Assembly: GCA_036630325.1 (NCBI GenBank)
Contig: CP142726.1
Coordinates: 1,364,001 to 1,428,000, forward strand
Reading direction: 5' to 3'
Source: Vairimorpha necatrix
Taxonomy: Eukaryota
DNA: 64,000 bases
The notes beneath the pieces were generated by a model that saw nothing but the letters and a program-made list of their open reading frames with translations, did not search any database and had not been told where the DNA came from. Within the stretch, counting starts at the first letter, position 1, and every line of letters starts with the position of its first letter. Shown here piece after piece: positions 33,718 through 46,560 of this stretch. Position numbers and translations under genes: made by a program.

Positions 33718-36700
33718 TTTGATTTTTCTTTCTAAATTTTGTAAATAAGCTATAATTTAATGCAGGATAATAATGTAATATCATAGAATATGAGTTAGAA
33801 TTACCTAACGCAATGATTTTTGTGATTTTCAATTACACATCAAAAATAGTTCATAAATCATTTTACACATATATTAATTAATATTTGGCATTTAGACAGG
33901 AAGTTTTTAATTATTCTATAATTTTTGATATTCTTTTCTATATGTTTATTTTTCATTCATAATCATATAAATTGACTCTTTTACCAGGTAATTTAGCTAA
34001 ATGCCTGGTAAATTATCATTTTAGCCGAATATTTAATAGAGTAAATTGTATTAGTGCAAAGTTATAATAAATTCACATTTGCATTAAGTCTATAATTCAT
34101 AAACATAAAATTTTTAAAAGTGGTTATATCTGTAAATTAAGCACTATCTTTCCAATATAAGAGCCTAGCAAACTATCTATTATTACTAGTTTGAATTAAA
34201 ATAATACAATTATAATACATCGATGTAGTTTGGTTTAAAATTGTTATTTAATTTGATTGTAATTGTACAGACAAAATATTTATTTTTGATTTTTGTAAAA
34301 TTTTATTGCTAATCACAAGGAACCCCAAAAAACTAAACCCTTAAAAACATTAATAAAAAAGAGCCATAGGAGAATATGTAATTTTATACATTTTTTTAAA
34401 AACAAAGCAATGTTTTAAAAAAATTTTAATGCAAGATTACCACAATATAAATTTGTATAACCTAATAAATTTATATCAAATAATTGTGTATTTATTTTTT
34501 TTCTTAAGGTTAAATTTTTTTGTATTAATCAAAAAATAAGACCCACAGTAAAAATTTAATAATGAAAAGGAAAATTTTGTTCAATAAAAATACTGATCAA
34601 CTCAATTTTTTTGTAGACGTGATTGGAATTGTAAACATGGCTTCGACATTTTAAATCGTTATATATGTATACTCTAAACTAACAACTTTTTATCAATTAA
34701 AATTGTCTCAAAGCATTATGGTATACAAAATTTTGTAAGATTAAAATACGTCACGACAAAATAAAAAACCTTTATATATAATAAACAATTTACTATCGTT
34801 AAAGTTAAAATTGACACATAGAAGCAAGCAATATAAAATTATATATCCTTGCAATAATAGTCGATATTAATAGATTTAATGTTGATACATTAAAATAACA
34901 CAAGGTCATGACGTTTGTATAGTATACTTTTGTAAATATTAAAACTTAACAAATACGTATTGTGTTATTTATTGGCAGATAGAACCTAAACTATAACACA
35001 TAACGAATGTCATGTGCTAATTTTTTGTACCAATTACTTAAAAAAATACGTAAATGTAATAATTAGGGATCTATACTTATTACAATGTAGATCATACTAG
35101 ATTTTAGATATTTAAAGAAGTGCATTTACGAACATGATAGACAATGATTGGGTGGAGATAAAACTGAAAATCAGATAGATAACAATTCTTTTTCGTATAA
35201 CTATCCATTTTTAAACGGGTTGCTTTAAGAGATTATCATAAGGATTCATTTGAATAACCTTTTAAAATTAAATATAATTATAAAGTTTATACGGCTTTTG
35301 GGTTCCATCAGAAAAAGAAGCTGTTTTAAAATTACAGATATTTTTTTCTTCTTCATCCATTTGCCTTTAAAGATAAGACTTTCTTTTATTTGCTAAAGAA
35401 GAAATTTTTTTTTGCACTATTATAAAAAACATAATTGTAAAAATATATACTATTTAAGAGAACTTAGAATCTCGGGTGATCTGATACTTAATACACTATA
35501 TTATATATATATATATATACAAAAACTTTTATTTAATATTATTAATATTTCACACATTTTTGTACTCTTGACCCGTCTTCTTTTCTTTTATAACTTACGA
35601 TATTAAATTTTGAATGTAATAAACAAATGCGAATTGGCTATTTTTTAACCAAATCGAATAAAAAGAACATGACAAGATACCGGAAATCGAAAATTCTATG
35701 GATCAAGATTCTTATAAATATTTGATCAATAGATATTATATATACGGCTTGCATATAGATTTTATAATAAAAATATAACTGATTATCGGATTTTTATTTT
35801 TTTAAAATTAATTTTTTGCAATATTAACAAATTTTTAAATGTAAATCGAGATATTCGACCATAATCAGTAACTATTGCTTGAAAGATGAAGTAAAAGGAC
35901 ACAATAACAAAATAATTTTTTTTCAATTAATACTATAGTATAAAATTAATTTTTAAAATCCTAATATTTATTGATAATTTTCATAATTTTTTCATCATTA
36001 TCTATAAAAACAAATTTTATTTTTAATAGCTTTTTGGCGGTTATAACGTAATATGATATACAAAAAAATATGGTATCCAAAATTGTTATTGTAGTTGTAA
36101 AAGGTAAGCTATGATAAAAATATGACGATTGGGCTATGTTTTTGATTAAGTGAATAAGAATTATTGTTTTGATTTAATTTTTTTATATCGATATAGGTTG
36201 ACTCTTGTCCAAACAAAGCATATTAAAGTTGTAAACTTTTATTATTTGTTGGTTTATTTAAGCAAAAACATTAGAAATTTAACTGAATTAATATTTTCTA
36301 AATAGACATATTATAAAATTTTACATTTTTTATAGAGGCTAGAATATTATTATTTTCGTAATCATAAAATTTTTTATAAATAAAAAAAATTATCTATATC
36401 CCTGCTAGATGTTTTCCTTTGTCTCATTATTTGTTTATAAAATTTTAAATAATATAGCTAAATCACTGAATTTAGATTAAGTAAGAACTATACAATGTTT
36501 AGAAACATAATTTTCGCTGATCCAGAAAATTATAGTAACAATGAAAATATTACTTCAATTAAATCATCGAAAATAACAAGTATTTTACTTCCTTCGTAAT
36601 TGAAAAACTACATTGTCTTTTAAAATTAAGAGATCCTGAGGCAAAATTACAGTCTTTCAAAGATAACAATGACAAGCATAAAATTACAAGAAAAAATAAA

Positions 36701-38108
36701 ACAGCCTGAAATTTTTCATCGGACCTTAAATTGGGGATCGGGGGCGAGCTTTCTCTAAATGTTAATACTATTAGTAGAAAAGGTCTCGATTTATTGATTG
36801 AAATTGCTTATAAGAGTAAACTACTATATCATTCCGCATTATACATTAATTTCTAGTACAACATCTCAAGCTCGATGAGATTAAGCAAATTATTGTAGAA
36901 TATATATGTTGTAAAAAAGAAAAAATTAAATTGTAATTTTATTTTAGGAAGGTAGCCTTGGCCTTGAAAAAATTATTGATGATGTAGATACAAGCTTTAA
37001 CATTGAGGTATAAAATAACACTTTTACCGAAGATCAAAATAAAATATTGAAGAAAATAAACGTTCCGAAATAGTAGAAACCAACATTGCCAGGCATGATA
37101 AAAACGAGATATCAAATATAAAAAGAAAAAGGTATGTTTTTGAATTCGGATATCAATAAAACCAATAACGACATGTCAAATAAAAATCACGAACAACAAG
37201 AAAATATGCTTTTTTTTGAAAAAGAGAGCATAAATAGGCTAGAAAACCAATTAAACATGTATAAAAACACCAGATTTATCAAGAATGTCGATTTTAAAAA
37301 TTTCGTTATTACATTTAATTTAAATATAAATACAATGATGCCTCCAGGTCTTATTTCATTTATCACGACTCATCAGCCTGCTAAAAATTTACTTTTGAAT
37401 TAAAATAAATAGTTACTATTTTTTTTTATTTTTTATACCAGTGAGTATTTTATATTTGTTTTTAACTTGTTTAAATGTAGATATAAAAAAACCATTTCTT
37501 AGATAACTTTTTTTGCAGAAGGGGTTAAAGATTATGAATATCAACTGTCTAATGTATCGTTCATGTTTATGAATGACTTTTTTTCAATACCAGTTAAGTA
37601 ATAAAAGTTTTTTTTTGCTCAAAAAACATAATTTTCACTTCTTATTTAATTTTCCGAGAAAGAAAATTTTAATTTAATGAGAATTTAAAAATATATATTT
37701 TTTAAAATGCAATGCAGTATAAGCATTCTTCATTCTAATGCAAATTGTCTCTAAAATAATTTTATATAAGAAAATTATTTAATTAAAAATAAAAATTTTC
37801 GTTTGTTTTTTCTTGCAAAAAAGACACAGGTTAAGATCTTGCTTTGCCCCGCTGAGACTTTAAAATTTAATTTATTAAGTAGTAGGTACGATTATTACTC
37901 TCGAAATTGCCGTTGTGATAAGCTCAGACGTATTTAATGGTATATCACTTAAAGTTAGGCGCTACTTCATTTTCTTACCCCCCCCATAAAAAAAACATTA
38001 ATAAAAAGATACAAAATCCTGTTATTTAACAAATCTAAACATTTTTTTCTTAAGCGGGGCAAGAAAATGAAGTTAAGGTATTTTTTGTCGATTTGAGAAT
38101 TTTTAAAT

Positions 38109-38184
38109 GCTTCCTGCAGATTCCTCATCAAGGGGTTAAAAATTTTAAATTTTTTAACCCCTTGATGAGGAATCTGCAGGAAGC
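38109..38184. repeat. 76-bp palindrome (perfect 34-bp arms, 8-nt centre)
   Basis: GCTTCCTGCAGATTCCTCATCAAGGGGTTAAAAA at 38109-38142 and its exact reverse complement at 38151-38184. Confidence 0.97.
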
Positions 38185-39083
38185 TATTCGAGAGCTAAAT
38201 ATCTGCGAAGATGCGGGCTTTAGGAACAATGAAGCAGCAGTTGATTTTTTTAGATATTGGTCTTCTAAAAAGATCGATTGCTTTCAGACATTGTTCGAGA
38301 TCAGAACGAACTGTTTTTATGAACATTAGTGGATGTTCCGGCTACATTGACGGTAAAGCTTATCGTTGTGTTAATAAAAAGTGTAGTTCGAAGAGCTCAC
38401 TTAAAAATGGTACGACATTTAAAGGAATAAGCGTTCCATTTCACAAAATCCTAGAGCATTCTATTGCTGGGTATTTAATTATACTACTTACCAAGCAATA
38501 GATCTTTGCAAAATATCTAAAAAATCATATATTAAAATCAAGGATACAGTGATGGAAACCATTGCCTCTAAAAGCGATGATGGCTACCACATTGGAGGAA
38601 CTTCTGTTCGTGTACAATTTGTTGAAACCGCCATATGCAACGGGTTGATTGTATTTAATCCTTCTTCAACTTTGGATTCAATGCCTGGAATTCGATGGAT
38701 TATAAGCGGCATAGTAGAAGGTAATTGTGGAGAATTTGTTCTTGAATTGCTACCGAATCGACAATCTAGTACTATTGAAGACTTTTTTTAGACGCAGAGT
38801 AAAACGTGGTTCCATTATAATTATTGATGGATACCCTCCAGCCTCTAGAAATTTTGGGAGTGAACATTACATAGTAAATCATTCGCTTGGATTTATAAAT
38901 GCAGAAGGAGACCACACAAATAATATAGAAAATTTGTGGTCCCATTTAAAGAACGAATATAGATCGAGAAGTGGGCTTAAAAGTCCTAGGATTAATTTAT
39001 TTTTATTAGAATTTGCTTGGAAAAAAAGAAATATCATGTTTTCTAATAATGATGACCATAGGTGTGCTTATAAAAAATTTTAG
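38165..39083 (+). pseudogene. Merlin transposase pseudogene
   Basis: YRCVNKKC..SLKNGTTF zinc ribbon; IGG..VRVQFVET (catalytic D lost); IIDGYP; VNHS.GF..HTNNIENLWSHLK; frameshifted across four ORFs. Confidence 0.9.
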
Positions 39084-40412
39084 AACTTTGTAGGTTGGAA
39101 TAAATAAAATTTCTTCTAAATAATTTTTTTCTAGGGGGGGCAAGAAAATGAAGTAGCGCCCAAATTTAGATCCACATCAAATATAATTAAGGGCTTAGTT
39201 TTTATAACCAAAGAGAGACATTATCGTACTATCTCATAGACTCTACAAATATCTCCATCAAACACATGCTTCCTGCAAAACGCTACATCAGCAATCTCGC
39301 ATTATATTGGCTATATTGTTCACTTGGCTCACAAGTTTTGTCCAGCGTAATACACAATTAATAAAAAGTGTACGATACATTTCTGTTCTACTTCGTCTAA
39401 ATCCTTTAAGCTCGAAGAATGACTCTCCAGATTGCACCAAATACGGGCTTTATATGACTCATACAGTACTTTACGTGCAATAATATTTTTATACATACAT
39501 TAGTTACTGTTAAATGGCATTTCCCAGCCGATGCACATCGTGAAAGTGTTTCGCTTGATTCAATATTACGATAAAAAAGACAGATCAATATGAGAAGGCT
39601 TTTTAGTGCCCGTATCAATCAAATCGAGACTTTTCTAACTGCTATGCTACGAGCATCTTTTTTTGGTTTTAATTTTAGACGCCATAGAAGGTAAGTAGAC
39701 AATATAAACTAAAAAATAACTCCCCCACTAAACTCTTTTACGGTATTTACTATAGAACGTGAATTCAACAATCAAAAAAAAATATATTGCAGGGCTGCAG
39801 CATAGAAAGCTATCTAAAATTAAACAACTAATCTTTTTTTTAATTTGAGAACTTTTTAGCATTGTTTTAGACATCACTAAGAAGTTAAGTTCTGTCAAAC
39901 ACCACCATTCAGACCTCGCTCTTGTTCATTTCTACTTATAAGAGTGTCCGACGAGATGACTCCAGAGACCTCTAAATGTCGCCAATTGAATAGAACTTAT
40001 AATTTGCCGGAGATTTTATATATTTTTCTACTTCGTGATATACTAGATTCTGCCGTCCTATGTATGCAATTATAGGTATATTAAAGCTCTTTTTTAAAGC
40101 TAGTTTTTACTTGGTTTTTTAATTTTTCACTAAAGGTTGTCAATCAACATTAAATTTACATTTAAGAATTTTTTTAGCATGAAAAATTTTATTGGAGTAA
40201 ATACTAATTTATATTTTGTTCACAAACAATGCTATTGTAATTTATAAGTAAATATAGACACTGAGTAATATTAACTTGTAAAATTAAAGCATTAAACCAT
40301 GAATTATATTATTCCGTTGGAAATATCAAGTTTATCTAGTATTATCTCTCATACATTATTCATTGATACTTTTGCAGCGATTATAAAAATATGTCTTAAT
40401 TATCAAAATTCA

Positions 40413-41065
40413 TTGGACACTCAGTACAAGAGATCATAGAAAATGATCGTGCTGAAATAAGAGTAGATACGAGAATATCCACTAATATAAAGGTAACCCA
40501 TAATAAGCCTGATATTCTTGTTTTTGACAAGAAGAAGAAAGAAATTTTAATAGTTGAAGTTGGTATAACCAACCAGGATCGACTTACTATAGTTGAGAAT
40601 GAAATTTTAAGAAAATATGACCTTCTTGCAAATGAACTGGGACTAATACATAAATCCCAGACAAGAATAGTTCCTTATGTAATGACATGGGATGGAGTGG
40701 TGACCAAATATCACAGAAAGTACATCAGGGAGCTAGAAATCCAACCCTACCTGGAAGCATATATCCAGTCTATTTTGATGAAGTAGACTTCAGGGTCCAT
40801 CTCTTTGGAACGACGACGAGGATACGATCAGGAGGATGCAGGAGAAGAAGAAGTGGCTAGAGCTGTAAGCGCACTAGCGAATATGGTGACTGTTAAAGAA
40901 GTGGTGTCGGCAAAGGGGAATGAAGCTGCTAAAGTGAAGTTGGAAAACATTAATAATTCCACAGAAACCAAAGTCTGTGAAGAGCTGAATCCCATGAGCG
41001 ATACCGGGGAAAGCTGTGCTATGAACATCTAATCTTAATGATAAATTAACTCAATAAATCTTTTA
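40413..41065 (+). mobile_element. 5'-truncated non-LTR retrotransposon (RLE endonuclease, R4/NeSL-like) with 16-bp TSD
   Basis: HSVQEIIENDRAEIRVDTRI..HNKPDILVFDKK..IVEVGIT..RKYDLLANELG..PYVMTWDGVVTKYH; one in-frame TAG at 40784; TAATTATCAAAATTCA at 40397-40412 and 41066-41081. Confidence 0.9.
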
Positions 41066-41811
41066 TAATTATCAAAATTCAATATAAAAGTCATTCGTAA
41101 AATATGTTATGACAATTGCTTTTAGATCATATATATAAAAGAATTTTATTTGGTTTTTTACCCCTCTTTTTTGTGGTTTTGTATAATCTAAACTTCTTAT
41201 TTAATGCTTATTATGTTATTAGAATATCGTTTTTGGATTCAATGTTTTAATATAATAATTGTGAGTGCGTATATTATATATTAATGCATTTTTATTTTTA
41301 TTATTATTTTTATAAAACTCAGTTTCAAAATATCGTCAGAATCGTTTTTTAGAATTTATTTAACCCTTCTAGAAAAAATTCACAAAAATATTAACCAAAG
41401 AAAAAGTTGAATATAAGTGTCAAAAGCCGAGCTTTAAGAGTTTTGAACATATCTCATTGAGATTCATAAGTGTTTTTAACTTCATTTTACTCTTTAAATG
41501 TTCATAAAAAGTGTTTTTTAAAATATAAATCTCCTTTTCTTTATCATGCCAAATATGGAAACTCAATAAATAAAGTAAAAATAAATGCCACGAACAATAT
41601 ATCAATCCCGTTTTCAAAACGGGAAAGCATACGCTAGTCTCAAAATATTATTTTTTTCAAATTTAATAAAACTCATAAATTCTATTCCATATCTAATATA
41701 CTTATGTATTGTTAAATATTTAAATGTATTGTTTTTATGCCTCTTTTCTTAATATTTTGTTTTTTATTTTTTTATGCATTTTTTTCTTAAAAATTTTGTC
41801 TTTTATTTTTT

Positions 41812-42303
41812 ATGCATGAATTCATTTTTTCTACTAAAACTTATAAAATCACTGCCTATTTAAAAAACTCAACTAATTCAAATATCACAATTCATCAATG
41901 TCTAGAAATAAAAAGTAAAATTGCGCTTCCTGAACTTAAAGGCTTTAAGAATTCGGGAAATTTATATTTCCCGAATTCAGTTCTTAAAAATTCAGATAAT
42001 CAAATTTTTGCATTAGTTATTGATTTTTGTAAAGAAAAAAATATTAGAAAAATTTTTAATAAAATTTTGCCCAGTGTTTTTGATATGAAATATATTAAAG
42101 ATAAGAATAGGGAGTATTTTCTTTATATAAATAGATATTTAATTATAAAAATGGCTAAGAATATTTTAGGAGATGAAGAAATAATAAAAGAGACATGGAA
42201 AATGTTATGTAAAAATAATAATAATATCTCATTTGTAGATTTCTCAGATGATATTTTTGAAAATGAGATTGTTCTTAAATCAGATGATTTGATAGATTTT
42301 TAG
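41812..42303 (+). CDS. Hypothetical protein (163 aa)
   Basis: ATG-initiated ORF ending 18 nt before the helicase ATG; no recognisable motif. Confidence 0.65.
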   Translation: MHEFIFSTKTYKITAYLKNSTNSNITIHQCLEIKSKIALPELKGFKNSGNLYFPNSVLKNSDNQIFALVIDFCKEKNIRKIFNKILPSVFDMKYIKDKNREYFLYINRYLIIKMAKNILGDEEIIKETWKMLCKNNNNISFVDFSDDIFENEIVLKSDDLIDF

Positions 42304-42321
42304 ATTCATTCCCCTCATAAA

Positions 42322-44073
42322 ATGTCTAAATTTTATAAGTACAATTTATTAATAGAAAAATATTCTCAAAACATCTTAGAATGTATTAATTCATCAAAAT
42401 ACACTTTAATAAAAGGACCAACAGGATGTGGTAAATCTACTTATATTCCACTTTTATTGAATAATAAAAATATTGCTATAATTCAACCAAGAAGAATAGC
42501 AGTGACTTCTTTGCATTCGACTTTGTCGAATGTCACAGAAAACGTAGGCTATAAAATGAGATTTAACAAGAAAATAAGTAAAAATGACAAAATAGTAATT
42601 TACACGGACGGGGCATTTTTAAATGACGTGTTTGAGACTGAATACGATTACATTATAGTAGATGAAGTACATGAAAGATCAGTCCGGACTGATGTACTAC
42701 TTTGTTTGTTAAAACAAACAAAGTCTAAAGTAATACTCATGAGTGCGACAGTCGACACATGTAAAATTCAGAAATATTTCAATGCAAGCGTATTTGAGAT
42801 ACCAGGGGAATCTTTCCCCTGTGAAATAATTTATTCTGAGACACCTGTGGCCGATTATATTTTAGAGTCATACACGATTATTAAAGAAATCATAATGAAT
42901 AATAGTCAAACTAAAAATGCTTATAATAATAAAAACGATTTAAGTTGGTTAGAAAAATCAAAAATATCTTTTGAAAATAATAAAGACATTTTGGTCTTTT
43001 TGACTGGTGAAGAAGACATCAATGAACTCGCGACTTTATTAAAGAAAATTCTCGGCATAAAAATATTAAAAATTTACTCAAGTCTCAGTGACGAAGAACA
43101 GACGAAAATTTATGAAAAATCAAATCTAAGAAAAATAATTCTAAGTACAAATATTTGTGAAACTTCTCTAACTATTCCAGGAATAAAATATGTCATAGAC
43201 ACAGGACTAGTAAAAAATAAAATTTATGATGGCATAAATTATTTCGGAATACTTCAAATTTCTAAAGAATCGGCCGACCAAAGACTAGGACGATGTAACA
43301 GAACTGGACCAGGTATTTGTTACAGACTTTACACAGAAAAAACATACAAAAATTTCCAAAATTTGATTCCTGAAATCTGCGTCGCAGATTTGTCAAGGCC
43401 CATTTTGCAACTCATCCAAAGAAAAATCAACATTTTCAAATTTGACTTTCTAGATTTCCCAACTCAAAAAAACGTGGAAAGATCTTTAAAATTTTTATTT
43501 AATAAAAATTTAATAAATGAAAACTTACAAATTACTAAACATGGAAATAGAATTCTGAGTTATCCTTTAGAAATCCATTTAAGTTGTTTTTATGATGATT
43601 GTTTAAATAATAATTTAGGTATGTATGGGTCTATTCTTGTCTCATTAATAAGTATAGATAATTATAATTTTATAAGAAATATTAATACAGATAAATTAGT
43701 TTATAAATCAGATATAAAATATCTGGTAGATTTATTTAATGAATTTATAAATTCAAAAAATAAAAAAGATTTTTGCAAATTGAAAGATGTTTCCTTGAAA
43801 AATCTTGAGAAAGCGCATAAAATTTATAAAAGTTTAAATAAAAATAAAAAAGGAGATTTTGAATTATTAGAAAAAATATTTAGTAAATCTTTTGAGCATA
43901 ATTTGTCTATAAAAGAAGAAGATGGGGCTTATAGACATTTAGGAACCAATAAGAAGGTTTATATTCATCCTTCTAGTTATTTATTTAAGAGAAATGAGAA
44001 AAAGATAGTATTTGTAGATTCATTGTGTACTACGAAAGAGTATGTTAGAATAGTAAGCAAATACATAAAATAA
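42322..44073 (+). CDS. DEAH/RHA-family RNA helicase (Dhr2/Prp43-like)
   Basis: GPTGCGKST, QPRRIAV, DEVHER, MSAT, FLTGEEDI, STNICETSLTIPG, QRLGRCNR, HA2/OB region with IHPSS. Confidence 0.92.
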   Translation: MSKFYKYNLLIEKYSQNILECINSSKYTLIKGPTGCGKSTYIPLLLNNKNIAIIQPRRIAVTSLHSTLSNVTENVGYKMRFNKKISKNDKIVIYTDGAFLNDVFETEYDYIIVDEVHERSVRTDVLLCLLKQTKSKVILMSATVDTCKIQKYFNASVFEIPGESFPCEIIYSETPVADYILESYTIIKEIIMNNSQTKNAYNNKNDLSWLEKSKISFENNKDILVFLTGEEDINELATLLKKILGIKILKIYSSLSDEEQTKIYEKSNLRKIILSTNICETSLTIPGIKYVIDTGLVKNKIYDGINYFGILQISKESADQRLGRCNRTGPGICYRLYTEKTYKNFQNLIPEICVADLSRPILQLIQRKINIFKFDFLDFPTQKNVERSLKFLFNKNLINENLQITKHGNRILSYPLEIHLSCFYDDCLNNNLGMYGSILVSLISIDNYNFIRNINTDKLVYKSDIKYLVDLFNEFINSKNKKDFCKLKDVSLKNLEKAHKIYKSLNKNKKGDFELLEKIFSKSFEHNLSIKEEDGAYRHLGTNKKVYIHPSSYLFKRNEKKIVFVDSLCTTKEYVRIVSKYIK

Positions 44074-44276
44074 ACATAAATAAATAAATTAATTTTATAT
44101 AAATTTATAAAATAAAATATTTGATTATGCTATATAAATTAATATGTCACAATTTTATTTCACGTAAAATTAATATGTCAAATACAATTTTACTTATTTG
44201 ATTTTGCATAAATATAAAACAAACAAATTTGATACAAACAAATTCGCAATACTATAAATTGCATAAAATATTTTTT

Positions 44277-45203
44277 TTATTTATTCACGTATTCCATTTC
44301 TAAATCTGTGTAGTTTTTAGGGAAAGAGGTCCCATCTCCTATAGAAGACATTGTGGGTTTAATCCAGTCAAAATATTTATACCCAAATACTTGTATCCAG
44401 TTTTCTTTAGTAGATAAATTATATGGATTTAATACTTTTCTATTATTACTATTCGTATAATTAGTAATAGCCCCTTCTTGGAATATGTGGACATACCTGT
44501 GATCTCCCATAATGTAAGAATTTAATGCTCTAAATTCCACTAGTGTCTCATTATTCGAAATTGTTCTTGTGTGAAAAACGAATATAAATAAAATTATCAG
44601 CATAAACACAGATATTAAAGAAATAGAGACGATATAATTTACCCTTAAGGAAGTCATCAAATTTTTCCTTAATTGCATTGAGGTTACTAAAATGAAGAAC
44701 AAAGAAGTGCACATGTTCAAAAAGAGAAATTGATAATAAAACTTGTAGTTATGAAACCCAATACAAGTGTCTAGAAATATACAATGATGATCAAATTTGA
44801 GATAGCATCTGTTACAAATCGAACAATGATGTGCCCTTGGTGGTTTATAAGTTTTACAAATATGACAGTTTTTAAGTTTCTGCATATTTTTGACTAAAAT
44901 GTCTTCTTCTAGAAATAAGTTGATACCTTCCAAATCTAATTTACGATCTCCTTCAGTAATGACAGGAAATAATTCTAATGTGCTGTATCCTTCATTAATT
45001 AATAATTTCATATAAAATATTACCTTTGTAGTGGCAAGTAAATGATAGAAGAAAAATATGAGCAAAGTTTCCCACCCATCGAATTTTTTTTGTTCTAAAC
45101 AATAGAGACCCACTAAAACGAAGTAAGCGTAAAGTTGTAGCATTGGGTATATTGTAAATTGGATTACTCTAATAATATCTTTAAAGAATAGTGAACAATC
45201 CAT
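44277..45203 (-). CDS. DHHC palmitoyltransferase
   Basis: CHICKTYKPPRAHHCSICNRCYLKFDHHC..CIGFHNYKF, NPYNL; CCCC-ATG. Confidence 0.95.
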   Translation of the reverse strand: MDCSLFFKDIIRVIQFTIYPMLQLYAYFVLVGLYCLEQKKFDGWETLLIFFFYHLLATTKVIFYMKLLINEGYSTLELFPVITEGDRKLDLEGINLFLEEDILVKNMQKLKNCHICKTYKPPRAHHCSICNRCYLKFDHHCIFLDTCIGFHNYKFYYQFLFLNMCTSLFFILVTSMQLRKNLMTSLRVNYIVSISLISVFMLIILFIFVFHTRTISNNETLVEFRALNSYIMGDHRYVHIFQEGAITNYTNSNNRKVLNPYNLSTKENWIQVFGYKYFDWIKPTMSSIGDGTSFPKNYTDLEMEYVNK

Positions 45204-45539
45204 GGGGTATAAAAAACAATAAGCGAGATGATACCAAACAGATCAAAAAGTAAACACAAAATACCTAAGTAGTAACAAGAAAGAAATGAAATAATACAAC
45301 GAAATTATAAAGCAGAAAACTGCATGGGTATAGAATAAAAAATCATATAAACAAAATTAAAACAAATTATAGAAAAAAAATGAAAGAGCTGTAAAAAATA
45401 GAAATCTTAAAACAAATGAAAAAAAATATCTAAAAAGCAATTTAAAAGAAGAAAAAGAACATAGAAACAAATTGAAAAGATAAGAAACTTTTATTTATCA
45501 TTAATTTATTAAGCCCGCGTGACAAACTTAAAGACAAAC

Positions 45540-46560
45540 ACCGAGATAAACAACTTAACTAGAAATATTATAGTCATTTATACGTATTTTTGAAAAAAAA
45601 TATTTGTCCCATGTATAAAATTAAGAAATATGATCTTCTTGTTAAAATACTGTAAAGTGATAATTTGAGTATAATCATCGACAAGCAAGTAAGGTATAGG
45701 CTAAAAAATAAGTCGAAAAGGTTTCTTTTTGTAGATAATATAGTCTTCTTAGGGATATTACTGGCTTGCACAAACTAACTTTAGTAGAAAGTATGCCACA
45801 GTCTATATGAATTACGAAAATTGACAATATAAGTTGTGTTAGCAATTTAACTTAAATATTTCAAAGAAGTATTGTGCGAGAGGTTTGCAAAGAGTGCAAT
45901 GTTTGTTTACAGATCAATTTTATAACAAATCAATATAAGCAAATTTTAATCAAAGGTAACTTTAGCGAGTCATCGTCGAACTAGTAGACATGAGGGTCTA
46001 TGCCGATCAAAACAAAGGACATATTTGGTTACAATCGGCTACAATTATGTATTATAAGTACGCATTTACTTCTGTTATAAAATCTAAACCGAAACAAAGT
46101 TTAATTATACTTAAATATACTTATAATGGCCACGGGAAAGCAGTAAACTCCAATTCGACGTTGGAAAAAACTAAAAGTTTACTTCTATCAGAAATTTGCG
46201 AGCAGAATAAAATTTTACTAGCCAATAGCTGACCCAGACACCCTCAGAGACCAAGTTGAAAATTTAAATAGAACTCTTACTAGATACTTGTAAAATATCT
46301 CTACGCAGAATTTAGTACACTAAAAACTGGGCCTTATTCTTTAAACATTTGTCTATAAATGCAATGCCGAGTACATTCTGCATCAAAATCTTTATTACAA
46401 TTATTTTATGAGATAATGGGATATATACTTTTATAAGCAGTAGTACGACATTACAACTAAACAAGGCTTGGATAAAAGGGTATAGGTAAATAGATTCTTT
46501 GAGACGAAAAAAGTTTGTTAAGAATATACAAAAAATGCATTCATAATAGATGAATGATTT
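45540..46560 (+). pseudogene. Degraded retroelement-type (rve) integrase remnant
   Basis: PRHPQ..QVENLNRTLTRYL near 46235-46290 (cf. PRHPQSQGQVERFNQTL), upstream NG..KAVN, downstream VHSASK; many stops. Confidence 0.55.

Larger units (their letters stand above)
37958..39160 (+). mobile_element. Merlin (IS1016/ISXO2-like) DNA transposon, defective
   Basis: TIR GGCGCTACTTCATTTTCTT(A/G)CCCCCCC at both ends; degenerate 8-bp TSD TAAAGTTA / CAAATTTA. Confidence 0.92.

Noticed and set aside
36490..37530. Coding-like decayed sequence, ORF 37134-37403 and a GGGG-TTAA piggyBac-like end
   Set aside because: No recognisable motif and no partner TIR in the right orientation (the TTAACCC at ~41360 faces away)
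39170..40090. Higher-GC stretch with 70-aa ORF
   Set aside because: Probably old TE debris, but no diagnostic motif could be read
40805..41032. Stand-alone 75-aa ORF
   Set aside because: It is the in-frame tail of the RLE retrotransposon ORF after a premature stop
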